Source: Actinomycetes bacterium (GTDB taxonomy: Bacteria > Actinomycetota > Acidimicrobiia > Acidimicrobiales > SZUA-35). Taken from it: a stretch of DNA of 64,000 bases. How positions within the stretch are numbered: position 1 is the stretch's first letter; each line of letters begins with the position of its first letter. Location: contig JAJRQY010000125.1 of NCBI GenBank assembly GCA_024280015.1, positions 9,064-73,063 of the forward strand, given 5' to 3'. Positions 47,802-56,438 of the stretch are shown piece after piece. Under the pieces are notes generated by a model, which searched no databases, was not told the DNA's origin, and was given only the letters and a program-made list of their open reading frames with translations. Position numbers and translations under genes: made by a program.

Positions 47802-48126
47802 TGCAGTGCCTCCCGCCTCACCGGCCAATCCCGGTTCGTACACCCCAGAACTTAGGTTCTCGCTGCTCCTGCTGTCATATCGGGACCAGCCGAATTGACA
47901 ACGATATAAGCCCTTGGTACCCGTGGCCCTAGATGCGCGACGGCATAGGCTTCGTGCTCAACTGATTGAGCGTGGCCCGACGGTTGTCGTGATGATTGAA
48001 CTTTGAGGTGCCGGACCGACGGAACGGTCGGGTTCTTCGAGCCATACCGCTATATCGTCGTCGGGTGTACGATCGCCAACTCCGCGCTGGAGATCCCATG
48101 ACCTCGAAAACGGTACGGAACTGATC

Positions 48127-48873
48127 ATGAAGCAGGTCCCCAGAGACTCCACTATCTCGCGCCGGCGAGTGCTGTACCTTGCTGCGGTCGGACCGATCGG
48201 CGTCGCCCTCGGTGCTTGTGGAAATGACAACGAAGTCGGGTTGACGGGCTCACCAAGTACATCGGTCCGATCGACTACAACGGTGGGCGATGGACTCACG
48301 ATTCCCGATTGTGTGCTTACTCCCGAAGAAATTGAGGGGCCGTTCTACACCGATGTTGACCTGATGCGCTGTGATATCAGCGAGAACAAGCCTGGAGTTC
48401 CCCTCGATTTGCAACTGAGTATTGTCGATGCTGATACCTGCGCTCCAATTGCTGACGCAACAATCGACGTTTGGCATGCCGATGCTAACGGGCTCTACTC
48501 CGCATTTCCTGGACAAGGAGATGACGCAAATATTGACAACACCGGCCAATCATTCCTTCGCGGAACTCAGAGGACTGACACCAGCGGCATCATAATGTTC
48601 AGCACGATCTACCCCGGCTGGTATCGGGGGCGAACAACCCATGTCCACATCAAGGTGCATTTCGACAACAACACCCGGGTCACTACTCAGCTGTACTTTC
48701 CTGACGAGGTCACCATGATCGCCTATACAACTGACGCCTACCGCGACCGGGGCCCCAAGGACACTCCAAATGAGAGTGACGATTTCAGTGCGGCAAATCC
48801 AGACCTGAGAATGTCTGTCACTGAGACGGGTGGCTCTTACCTGGCCGTTCACACCATCGGGATCCGCCGCTAG
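48127..48873 (+). CDS. Intradiol ring-cleavage dioxygenase-like protein, predicted Tat lipoprotein (copy 2)
   Basis: SRRRVL twin-Arg and LGAC lipobox, with the same Fe ligand motifs. Collinear paralog of 40075-40800. Confidence 0.85.
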   Translation: MKQVPRDSTISRRRVLYLAAVGPIGVALGACGNDNEVGLTGSPSTSVRSTTTVGDGLTIPDCVLTPEEIEGPFYTDVDLMRCDISENKPGVPLDLQLSIVDADTCAPIADATIDVWHADANGLYSAFPGQGDDANIDNTGQSFLRGTQRTDTSGIIMFSTIYPGWYRGRTTHVHIKVHFDNNTRVTTQLYFPDEVTMIAYTTDAYRDRGPKDTPNESDDFSAANPDLRMSVTETGGSYLAVHTIGIRR

Positions 48874-49046
48874 CCCTCAGCGGCCAGCTCAGTTCCACGT
48901 TTGGCCTCCGCGGCCCTTCTGCCTCGTTCGACGGGAGCGGATTCGGTATCTAAGAACCGACTTATCTGTTCTTAGTGCTCTCTCATATTCAGTTGTGATG
49001 CTTGAGGAAACTCAAAGATACCAACTTGAAAGACACGGAGCAGAGC

Positions 49047-49736
49047 ATGTTCTTAACCCCCAATAACCGTAAGCGTTCGGCCGCCCTTGTCGGAGGCCTG
49101 ATGCTCTTCCTTTCAGCCTGTGGCGCTTCGGATGCCGCGCAAGAAGACGCCGCAACTAGCGGCGAAGTCGCTTCCCTCTCGAATAACTCGGTGACGTCGA
49201 CGACCGCCGGTGCCAGCGACGTAGAAGCACCGACGAACCCTGATGATGCATTCGCACTGTTTGAAAAGTGTATGGCTGACGCCGGGATCGAGATGCAAGT
49301 ATTCGGTGATGGAGGCAATGACAACGAGATCACGGTTGACGGAGGCGACGCATCTGACTCGACCGATCCGCAAGCCGGTGGAAGCAACGCCGACAACGCT
49401 GACCCAGAGGCATTCAATGAGGCGAATAAGACCTGTTCCAAACACCTCGAGGGTATTGACAACGGCTTTGAGCTAAGCCCGGAGCAAGAGGTTGCCTACG
49501 AAGAGGCCGACCGAGAGTTTCGTGCTTGCATGAAGGAAGAAGGAGTTGAGGTTCCCGAGGTCGATGGTGGAGGCCTGATCTCCATCGGTGAGTCCGCTGG
49601 TGGTGCGGACCCACAGTCTGATGACCCTTCATTCAATGATTCCGACTTCAATTTCGAAGAGTTCGAAGCAGCGGCTGGAAAGTGCAACAGTGCCTACGAT
49701 GAGCTTGACGCTGAGATCAAAGGCGAAGATTCATGA
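49047..49736 (+). CDS. Hypothetical lipoprotein with paired-Cys repeats, first gene of the exporter operon
   Basis: Lipobox LSAC and two F..CM..xG...C repeats. ATGA overlap with the next gene. Confidence 0.8.
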   Translation: MFLTPNNRKRSAALVGGLMLFLSACGASDAAQEDAATSGEVASLSNNSVTSTTAGASDVEAPTNPDDAFALFEKCMADAGIEMQVFGDGGNDNEITVDGGDASDSTDPQAGGSNADNADPEAFNEANKTCSKHLEGIDNGFELSPEQEVAYEEADREFRACMKEEGVEVPEVDGGGLISIGESAGGADPQSDDPSFNDSDFNFEEFEAAAGKCNSAYDELDAEIKGEDS

Positions 49737-50815
49737 AGCGGAGGAGCGCAATCATCGCGATCGTTGCTGCGGCACTCTTCGGTGCTGGCGTTCTTGTCGC
49801 TGCCAACAGCCAGAGCGACAGTAACCGCACCCAATCAGAGTCCAAAGACTCCAGTGAGGCCATCGCGGCCCAACAACTCAGCACCGCGGAAGTACGTAAG
49901 GGAGACCTCAGCGAAGAGCGTGACTTCACCTCAAAGGTAACTTTCGGTGATGCATTCGACGCTCCGGTCGCACTCACGGGCACGATCACATCCCAGCACA
50001 GTGTTGGAAGTGTCGTCGGGTTTGGCGAATCGCTGATCAGTGTGAACAACAAACCGGTCTTCTTGGCAGAAGGGGCAACCCCGCTCTACCGCGATCTGTT
50101 TAGGACGAACACCAAGACAAAAGATGAGTTCGGTGTGAAGGTCCAGCACATGGAAGGCGATGACGTACGACAACTGCAGGCCTTTCTGAACACCACGCGT
50201 GCCGCGGATAAGCAGCTTGAGATTGATGGTGTGTATGGCACGACCACTGAGAAGGCGGTGAAGGCTTGGCAAAAGTCGGTGGGATTCGGGCCATCCGGGA
50301 GGATCGACTCCTCACAGTTGGTCTTCTCTCCGGGGCCGGTGCGGATTGCGTCAGAGTCCAGGGTTGGCGCAACATTTTCTAAGCTGCAGATCAGTGCGGC
50401 GGAGGCCGTTGCCACGATCGATACCAATAATCGGGACCGTAGTGCTCTGCCCGTTGACTCTAACGTTGTTATCGAATTGCCTGATGGCGCTCGGCTCGTT
50501 GGGCTGGTTACCAAACAAAAGCAGGTGGTTAAGGAGGACGGATCGACGGTTTGGCGAACCACCGTGACTGCTGATGGAACCTTCCCAGGTAACGTCACCT
50601 CGACCAAGGTGATCGCCACCATCGTTGTGGCCAAGGATGTCATTCATGCTCCGGTCGGCGCCCTGATAGCGCTTGCAGAAGGAGGCTTCGCCGTTGAAGT
50701 ATCCAACAGTGGAACAACATCGCTTGTGCCGGTTGAGGTCGGTGAGGTGCTTGATGGTCGGGCCGAAGTGCGTGGCGAAGTTAAGCCCGGCGACATGGTT
50801 GTGGTGCCGGTATGA
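49733..50815 (+). CDS. Membrane-fusion/adaptor protein with peptidoglycan-binding domain (MacA-like)
   Basis: N-terminal TM and a PG_binding_1 segment GDDVRQLQAFL...DGVYGTTTEKAVKAWQKSVG. C-terminal APVGAL..GGFAVEV..VPVEVG. Confidence 0.82.
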   Translation: MKRRSAIIAIVAAALFGAGVLVAANSQSDSNRTQSESKDSSEAIAAQQLSTAEVRKGDLSEERDFTSKVTFGDAFDAPVALTGTITSQHSVGSVVGFGESLISVNNKPVFLAEGATPLYRDLFRTNTKTKDEFGVKVQHMEGDDVRQLQAFLNTTRAADKQLEIDGVYGTTTEKAVKAWQKSVGFGPSGRIDSSQLVFSPGPVRIASESRVGATFSKLQISAAEAVATIDTNNRDRSALPVDSNVVIELPDGARLVGLVTKQKQVVKEDGSTVWRTTVTADGTFPGNVTSTKVIATIVVAKDVIHAPVGALIALAEGGFAVEVSNSGTTSLVPVEVGEVLDGRAEVRGEVKPGDMVVVPV

Positions 50816-51588
50816 GCCCGGTCCTCGAACTGGTAGCTGTAAGCAAGGAGTACCCCGGCACACCGCCAATTCGCGCGCTGGACGATGTGTCCTTGGCTGT
50901 TGATGCAGGCGAGCTGATTGCGATCGTTGGTCCCTCCGGGTCGGGAAAGTCAACGTTGATGAATGTCATCGGGACACTGGACCGGCCGAGTTCTGGGCAG
51001 GTACTGATCGAGGGCAACCGATTGTCGACATTGACTGACACGGGACTAGCGGGCCTTCGTTCGGCCCGCATCGGGTTTGTATTCCAACAGTTTCATCTGA
51101 TGGAGGGCAGCTCGGCGCTCGACAATGTTGCAACTGGACTTGTTTACAAGGGTGTTCGACGACAGCTACGGCTTCAGATGGCTGCTGAGGCCCTGTCTCG
51201 AGTTGGCCTTGGTCACAGACTTGATCAGAAACCACCAAAGATGTCTGGTGGAGAACGACAGCGTGTCGCGATAGCTCGAGCAATCGTCGGCGACCCAGCG
51301 ATCGTGCTGGCGGATGAACCAACCGGCAACCTCGATAGCCACACTTCGACAGAGATCATCAGCTTGATGCAGCGGTTGAATGACGAGGGTTCCACCATCA
51401 TCGTCATCACCCACGACCGTGATCTGGCTGACGGACTTCCGCGGCAGGTAGCGATGCGAGACGGTGCGATTGTGGCCGACACCGCAGACGTTTCCATCGA
51501 GACTGTTGCTGCCAGGCCGTTGGTCGGTGTTGGCAGCTCAAACGACATGACGAAGAGAACAAATCGGGAAGGCGGCAAGCAAGCATGA
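50812..51588 (+). CDS. ABC transporter ATP-binding protein (MacB/LolD family)
   Basis: GPSGSGKST, GFVFQQFHL, MSGGERQRVAIARA, ADEPTGNLD and ITHD. Confidence 0.95.
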   Translation: MSPVLELVAVSKEYPGTPPIRALDDVSLAVDAGELIAIVGPSGSGKSTLMNVIGTLDRPSSGQVLIEGNRLSTLTDTGLAGLRSARIGFVFQQFHLMEGSSALDNVATGLVYKGVRRQLRLQMAAEALSRVGLGHRLDQKPPKMSGGERQRVAIARAIVGDPAIVLADEPTGNLDSHTSTEIISLMQRLNDEGSTIIVITHDRDLADGLPRQVAMRDGAIVADTADVSIETVAARPLVGVGSSNDMTKRTNREGGKQA

Positions 51589-52811
51589 GCGCAGACAAGG
51601 ACAGCCCGGTGGTCAAGAACGCCCCCCTTCGATGGAGGTCGAAAATTCGCCCGAGCGATGCGATTCGCAATGGAACCCATGGCCTCCGCAGTCGTAAAGG
51701 TCGTACCTTCCTCACCGCTATTGGTATCGCCATTGGTATCGCTTCGATGGTTGCCGTCCTGGGGATCTCGGCTTCGAGCAAGGCTGACCTAATCGCCCAA
51801 ATCGATCGACTCGGAACCAATTTGCTCAAGGTCGAACCAGGGTCGGACATCTTTGGGGATAGCGCCGCGCTGCCTAAAGCGTCGCCCGCAATGGTTCGCC
51901 GAATTGGGCCGGTCGAGTCGGCTGCCTCAGTTTCCAAACTGGGGACATCGGTGCAACGCAACGAATTTCTGAAGGATGACAATGGGATCGCCGTCCTCGC
52001 TACCGAACCGCAGTTGATCGACACGATCGAGGGCTCCCTGAGCCACGGCCGGTTTCTCGATCAGGAAACGTCTAGTCTCCCGGTTGTTGTATTGGGATCA
52101 GTGGCCGCTGAGCGATTGGGTTTCAACTCACTGGATTCGACGCCAACGGTGAAGATTGCCGGCGTTACCTTTGCTGTGATTGGGATTCTGGATCAGTCGG
52201 AACTGAATCCTGACCTCGACCGAGCCGTGTTTATAGGCAACGACGCGGCCGGGAAGTATCTCGGGGCCAAAGTAGTTCCGACCGGCATTTACCTTCGGGC
52301 CAACCCCGACCATGTTGAGACAGTTCGAAGCGTGCTCCCGCAGACCGTGAATCCTGCTGATCCAAATGAGGTGAAAGTATCACGTCCCTCCGATGCGCTT
52401 GAAGCACGAGCCGAGGTGGACAAGAATCTTCAGAACCTCTTGTTGGGTCTTGGCGGTGTATCGCTCATCGTTGGTGGGGTAGGGATTGCCAACGTGATGG
52501 TGATTTCGGTACTCGAACGGCGTGGTGAGATCGGGTTGAGGCGAGCGCTTGGAGCTACAAGGCGTCATATCGCTGGTCAGTTCGTTGTCGAATCGGCCAG
52601 CTTGTCGCTGCTGGGAGGAGTCATAGGCGTCGCCCTGGGAACAGCCGTGACCTACTTTTACGCTCATCGCCAAGGCTGGATCGTTGCTGTCCCGTTGGCG
52701 GGCTTGGCTGCTGGTGTTGCCATTGCCTTGGTGCTTGGCGCGATAGCCGGTTTGTATCCGTCAGTCCGTGCTGCCCGGCTTGATCCGGCAGAGGCAGTGC
52801 GCCCCAGCTGA
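51585..52811 (+). CDS. ABC transporter permease (MacB/FtsX family)
   Basis: RTFLTAIGIAIG, GGVGIANVMVISVLERRGEIGLRRALGA and YPSVRAARLDP. Confidence 0.93.
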   Translation: MSADKDSPVVKNAPLRWRSKIRPSDAIRNGTHGLRSRKGRTFLTAIGIAIGIASMVAVLGISASSKADLIAQIDRLGTNLLKVEPGSDIFGDSAALPKASPAMVRRIGPVESAASVSKLGTSVQRNEFLKDDNGIAVLATEPQLIDTIEGSLSHGRFLDQETSSLPVVVLGSVAAERLGFNSLDSTPTVKIAGVTFAVIGILDQSELNPDLDRAVFIGNDAAGKYLGAKVVPTGIYLRANPDHVETVRSVLPQTVNPADPNEVKVSRPSDALEARAEVDKNLQNLLLGLGGVSLIVGGVGIANVMVISVLERRGEIGLRRALGATRRHIAGQFVVESASLSLLGGVIGVALGTAVTYFYAHRQGWIVAVPLAGLAAGVAIALVLGAIAGLYPSVRAARLDPAEAVRPS

Positions 52812-52817
52812 GGGCGC

Positions 52818-53516
52818 TCAGGATTGGGGTCCAATGATCTGAGCGCTGATCGTGGCTGAGCTGAGCTGTAGTTGCTCGACTATTGTCCCTCGTTCCTCCT
52901 GTGGCTCATCAGCAAAGAGCACCGCGACTGCGGCGATTGTCGAGCCATCTTCGCCGACCACACCCGTAGCGATCGAACCAAGGCCAGCAATCACTTCACC
53001 GGTCGATTCGGCCCACCCATGTTGCCGGGCGGCGGTGACCTCGCTTCGTTCGTTTGGCCTGGGCGCCCCACCGGCCAGGATCGACAGGCCGGGTGCGCCA
53101 CGGTCCAGTTTATGGCGGGCGCCCGGCCGGTAGGACACGACAGAGTCGGTGTGAAGGGGCTCAGCACTATCAAGCGTCAAGGCGTCCCCATTACTAGGAA
53201 CGGTGAGGAAGGCCGTCATTCGTAGGCATTCTGCTAGGCGTTCAAGTTCGGGCCGCGCGATATCGCGAATCGTTCGCTCGACTCCACGACCTAGCTCGGC
53301 CAGTTGGTGGCCGGGAATGCAGCGACCGCGACCATCCCGATGCACCAAGCCGTGAGCCTCAAGCGTCCGCACTAGTCGATAGGCCATGGAGCGGTGCACG
53401 CCTAACGCTGAGGCGATCTCGGCGACGGTTGGTGACTCAGTTGACGTTGCTATCAGCTTGAGCGCGACCAAGCCGCGATCGAGGGTTTGGCTCGTGACGC
53501 TGGACACGGTCGTCAT
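52818..53516 (-). CDS. IclR family transcriptional regulator
   Basis: SQTLDRGLVAL...VAEIASALGVHRSMAYRLVRTL HTH and GWAESTGEVIAGLGSIA. Divergent from hpaD. Confidence 0.9.
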   Translation of the reverse strand: MTTVSSVTSQTLDRGLVALKLIATSTESPTVAEIASALGVHRSMAYRLVRTLEAHGLVHRDGRGRCIPGHQLAELGRGVERTIRDIARPELERLAECLRMTAFLTVPSNGDALTLDSAEPLHTDSVVSYRPGARHKLDRGAPGLSILAGGAPRPNERSEVTAARQHGWAESTGEVIAGLGSIATGVVGEDGSTIAAVAVLFADEPQEERGTIVEQLQLSSATISAQIIGPQS

Positions 53517-53552
53517 GTTATGGCAGTGTATAGATAAATAGTGAGTTCGCAA

Positions 53553-53565
53553 CTCGATTATCGAG
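53553..53565. promoter_or_regulatory. PcaR/PobR-type IclR operator between iclR and hpaD
   Basis: Perfect palindrome CTCGAT-T-ATCGAG. Its core CGATAATCG matches the PcaR/PcaU box (GTTCGATAATCGCAC) as recalled. Confidence 0.62.
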
Positions 53566-53597
53566 CATCTCTCGAACGTCAATTGACCGGAGGGGTC

Positions 53598-54458
53598 ATG
53601 GGACAACTCGTCACCGCCGCAAAGATCACACATGTGCCGTCGATGTTCATCTCAGAGATGGACGGGCCGCACCAAGGTTGTCGTCAACCGGCCATCGACG
53701 GCTTGCGTGAGATCGGGCGCAGGGCTCGCGAGGATGGAGCCGACACCTTCGTGGTGCTCGACACCCACTGGTTGGTGAACAGCGGCTATCACATCAACGC
53801 CAATCCGGTCCACGCCGGGTGCTACACGTCCAACGAGTTCCCTCAATTCATACGCGAGATCGAATTCTCTCATCAGGGTGCAACCGAACTTGGCCACGCC
53901 ATAGCAGCGGAAGCAACCGAACATGGTGTGCTCACGCGGGCCCATGACGACGTCCCGTCACTGGGGCTCGAATACGGAACACTCGTCCCGATGAAGTACC
54001 TGAACGGAAATGACTGGCCACAACAACTACCGGTGCTTCCAATTGCTGGTTGGCTCCACGACGCCACGATGGAGGAGTCTCGCACCGTGGGTGAGGCAAT
54101 CCGTTCTGCCATTGACGCCAGTGACCGCAATGTGTGCTTGCTGGCATCGGGATCAATGTCGCATCGGATCTGGAGCAATGACAGCGTGGCTGATGGCCTC
54201 TTCGAAATCTCCCGACCGTTCAACGAACTGGTCGATCACCTCATGATCGATCTTCTCATCGAAGGCAGAACTTCGGAGTTTGTTGCCGCCTTACCCGACT
54301 ATGCCCAACACTGCAGTGGAGAGGGCGGGATGCACGACACCGCCATGTTGCTCGGTGCCCTTGGATGGGACAGCTACGGCCAAGGTGTAGAGGTTGTGAC
54401 TGATTGGTTCCCCTCCTCCGGTACCGGGCAATGCAACCTGCTGTTTCCCGTTCACTAA
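53598..54458 (+). CDS. hpaD: 3,4-dihydroxyphenylacetate (homoprotocatechuate) 2,3-dioxygenase, LigB-fold
   Basis: AAKITHVPSM, DTHWLVNS.YH, YTSNE.P.FI, LEYGTLVPM, ASGSMSHR, GEGGMHDT.MLLG and FPSSGTGQ closely follow E. coli HpaD/HpcB. GGAGGGG RBS. Confidence 0.9.
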   Translation: MGQLVTAAKITHVPSMFISEMDGPHQGCRQPAIDGLREIGRRAREDGADTFVVLDTHWLVNSGYHINANPVHAGCYTSNEFPQFIREIEFSHQGATELGHAIAAEATEHGVLTRAHDDVPSLGLEYGTLVPMKYLNGNDWPQQLPVLPIAGWLHDATMEESRTVGEAIRSAIDASDRNVCLLASGSMSHRIWSNDSVADGLFEISRPFNELVDHLMIDLLIEGRTSEFVAALPDYAQHCSGEGGMHDTAMLLGALGWDSYGQGVEVVTDWFPSSGTGQCNLLFPVH

Positions 54459-54496
54459 CTCACGACCTGCTCGCGCACCAACGAAGGATTAAACCG

Positions 54497-55786
54497 ATGG
54501 CAACCCGCTCCTATCACGCACTCGAACGAGAGACTCCACCACCTCCGCAGCGCTGCCCGATGGACCAATCGTTCACACCCTTCAGTGATGCTTATGTCAA
54601 AGATCCTTATGCCGAGCTCGCCTCTCGACGAGATGCGACACCGGTGTTCTACAGCGAGGAACTGAGCATGCTGGTCGTCACCCGCATGGAAGACATCAGT
54701 AGCGTCTTCTTGAATCCGGAGATGTTCAGCTCCGAGAACGTTCAAGACCCGGTATTCCCGCTGAGCCATCAAACCGTCGAAGCGTTGTCCGCTCCTGATT
54801 TCGACCCTGTCGCGGTGATGTCGAATCGTCAGGAACCCGACCACGGTCGGATCCGTAAGTACACCAAGACTGGTTTCTCAAACCGGCGCCTCCAGACCCT
54901 GGAGCCCTACATCCGTCGTCGGAGCCATGAACTGATCGATCAGATGCTCGCCAACGGTGATGCTGCTGACTTCTTCTCCAGCTTTGCCGTCCCGCTGCCT
55001 GGCGACACCGTCTTCCGGTTCATTGGATTCCCCGAGAGTGATGACGATCAACTCCGATCCTGGTGCGGAGACCGACTCGCCTTTTCGTGGGGGCAGCCGA
55101 GCGCGGAGGAACAGCTGGATATTGCCAACAAGATGCTCGCCTATTGGCGCTATTGCCGAGAGTTCACCGCCGACAAGAAGGCTAACTTGGGCGACGATTT
55201 TGCTTCAGAGCTGTTGGCAGATCATCTTGCGGACCCCGATGACCTGACATACCGGGAAGTTGAGTCGATCATTTATGGATTGTCGTTTGCCGGGCATGAA
55301 CCGGTCACCTTGCTTCTTTGCAACATCTTGCTCACCCTGCTTCCAAGGCGCGAGGCCTGGGAAGAAGTGTGTGCTGACCCTGCCCTGATCCCGGCTGCTA
55401 TAGACGAGGTAATCCGATTTGAGTCACCCCAGATTGGCTGGCGTCGTGTGGCTAATGAAGACACGACTATTGGTGGAGTCGACGTCCCCAAGGGGACTCG
55501 CATCCTGCTGAGCCTCGGAGCTGCAAACCACCAGCCTGACGTATTTGAAGACCCGACAACCTTTGACCTGCATCGACCGAATGCTCGGGCCAACATCTCC
55601 TTTGGTAAGGGCATCCATCACTGTCTTGGAGCTAAGTTCGCACGCTTTGAGGCTCGGGTGGCGATGGAAGTCATTATTGAACGACTTCCAACACTGAGAC
55701 TGGCATCATCCCAGGATCTGAATCGGACCCCGAACATCAGCTTCCGTGGTCCAACCTCACTGGCTGTGGAATGGGATGAAGGTTGA
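54497..55786 (+). CDS. Cytochrome P450 (CYP116-like heme domain, no fused reductase)
   Basis: I-helix AGHEPVT, ExxR EVIR and heme motif FGKGIHHCLG. DPY...PVFYSEEL..VVTR and PNISFRGP..L.VEWD resemble CYP116 heme domains. The start could also be ATG 54557. Confidence 0.92.
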   Translation: MATRSYHALERETPPPPQRCPMDQSFTPFSDAYVKDPYAELASRRDATPVFYSEELSMLVVTRMEDISSVFLNPEMFSSENVQDPVFPLSHQTVEALSAPDFDPVAVMSNRQEPDHGRIRKYTKTGFSNRRLQTLEPYIRRRSHELIDQMLANGDAADFFSSFAVPLPGDTVFRFIGFPESDDDQLRSWCGDRLAFSWGQPSAEEQLDIANKMLAYWRYCREFTADKKANLGDDFASELLADHLADPDDLTYREVESIIYGLSFAGHEPVTLLLCNILLTLLPRREAWEEVCADPALIPAAIDEVIRFESPQIGWRRVANEDTTIGGVDVPKGTRILLSLGAANHQPDVFEDPTTFDLHRPNARANISFGKGIHHCLGAKFARFEARVAMEVIIERLPTLRLASSQDLNRTPNISFRGPTSLAVEWDEG

Positions 55787-55831
55787 CCGAAAGGTCGCTG
55801 TCATGACCATGGTTGAGTTAGCGACGTTTCC

Positions 55832-56386
55832 ATGATTGTTCTTGTTGGCGGCCTCATCGGTGCTGGCAAGTCCAGCGTCGCTCAACGCATTGCTGAGCGT
55901 TTGGACTATGTCTACTTTGATCTCGACGAAATAAAGAAAGAGGTTTACGGCCGCGATCCAGCGAATGCACGCAAGCTAGTTGAGGGCGTACCTCCGGACA
56001 TCACGACACGAGCCGAGCTTTACCGAGTAGCGGTAGCGCAAGTAACAACACTGCTCAAGGCTTCTCCAAATATCGTGTTTGATGACACCCTTCATTTCCG
56101 ACGGTTTCGCCAGTACCTCTATGAGGAGATGACCAAGCTCGGCCAAGACTTTGTCCCAATCTGGGTACGGGCCGACGAGGAGATCATTCTGGAACGGCTG
56201 CGGGCGAAGCCTCGTGAGAATCACATCCTGTCTGATCCGATTCCGCTGCACGAACAGATGCTGAAGGACTTTGAGGAGTTTCAGGTGCCGCTGCTGATGT
56301 GCCCGAACAACGGCTTACTGGAGGAGACTGTCGATGCCTTGTTCGTGCTCATCGGGCGGGTCAAATCAATGCATTGGGAATCATGA
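55832..56386 (+). CDS. P-loop kinase (AAA_33 / gluconokinase / PNK-kinase-like)
   Basis: GLIGAGKSS Walker A, DLDEIK, VFDDT and lid ERLRAKPR. Confidence 0.8.
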   Translation: MIVLVGGLIGAGKSSVAQRIAERLDYVYFDLDEIKKEVYGRDPANARKLVEGVPPDITTRAELYRVAVAQVTTLLKASPNIVFDDTLHFRRFRQYLYEEMTKLGQDFVPIWVRADEEIILERLRAKPRENHILSDPIPLHEQMLKDFEEFQVPLLMCPNNGLLEETVDALFVLIGRVKSMHWES

Positions 56387-56438
56387 GTAAACCCGTCTCC
56401 CGTTTTGCTGGCTTGACCGTTGCTGTTAGACGAGCCGT

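Noticed and set aside
47895-47925. Sigma-70 promoter from a perfect TTGACA at 47895
   Set aside because: There is no convincing TANNNT -10 element at 16-18 bp spacing.
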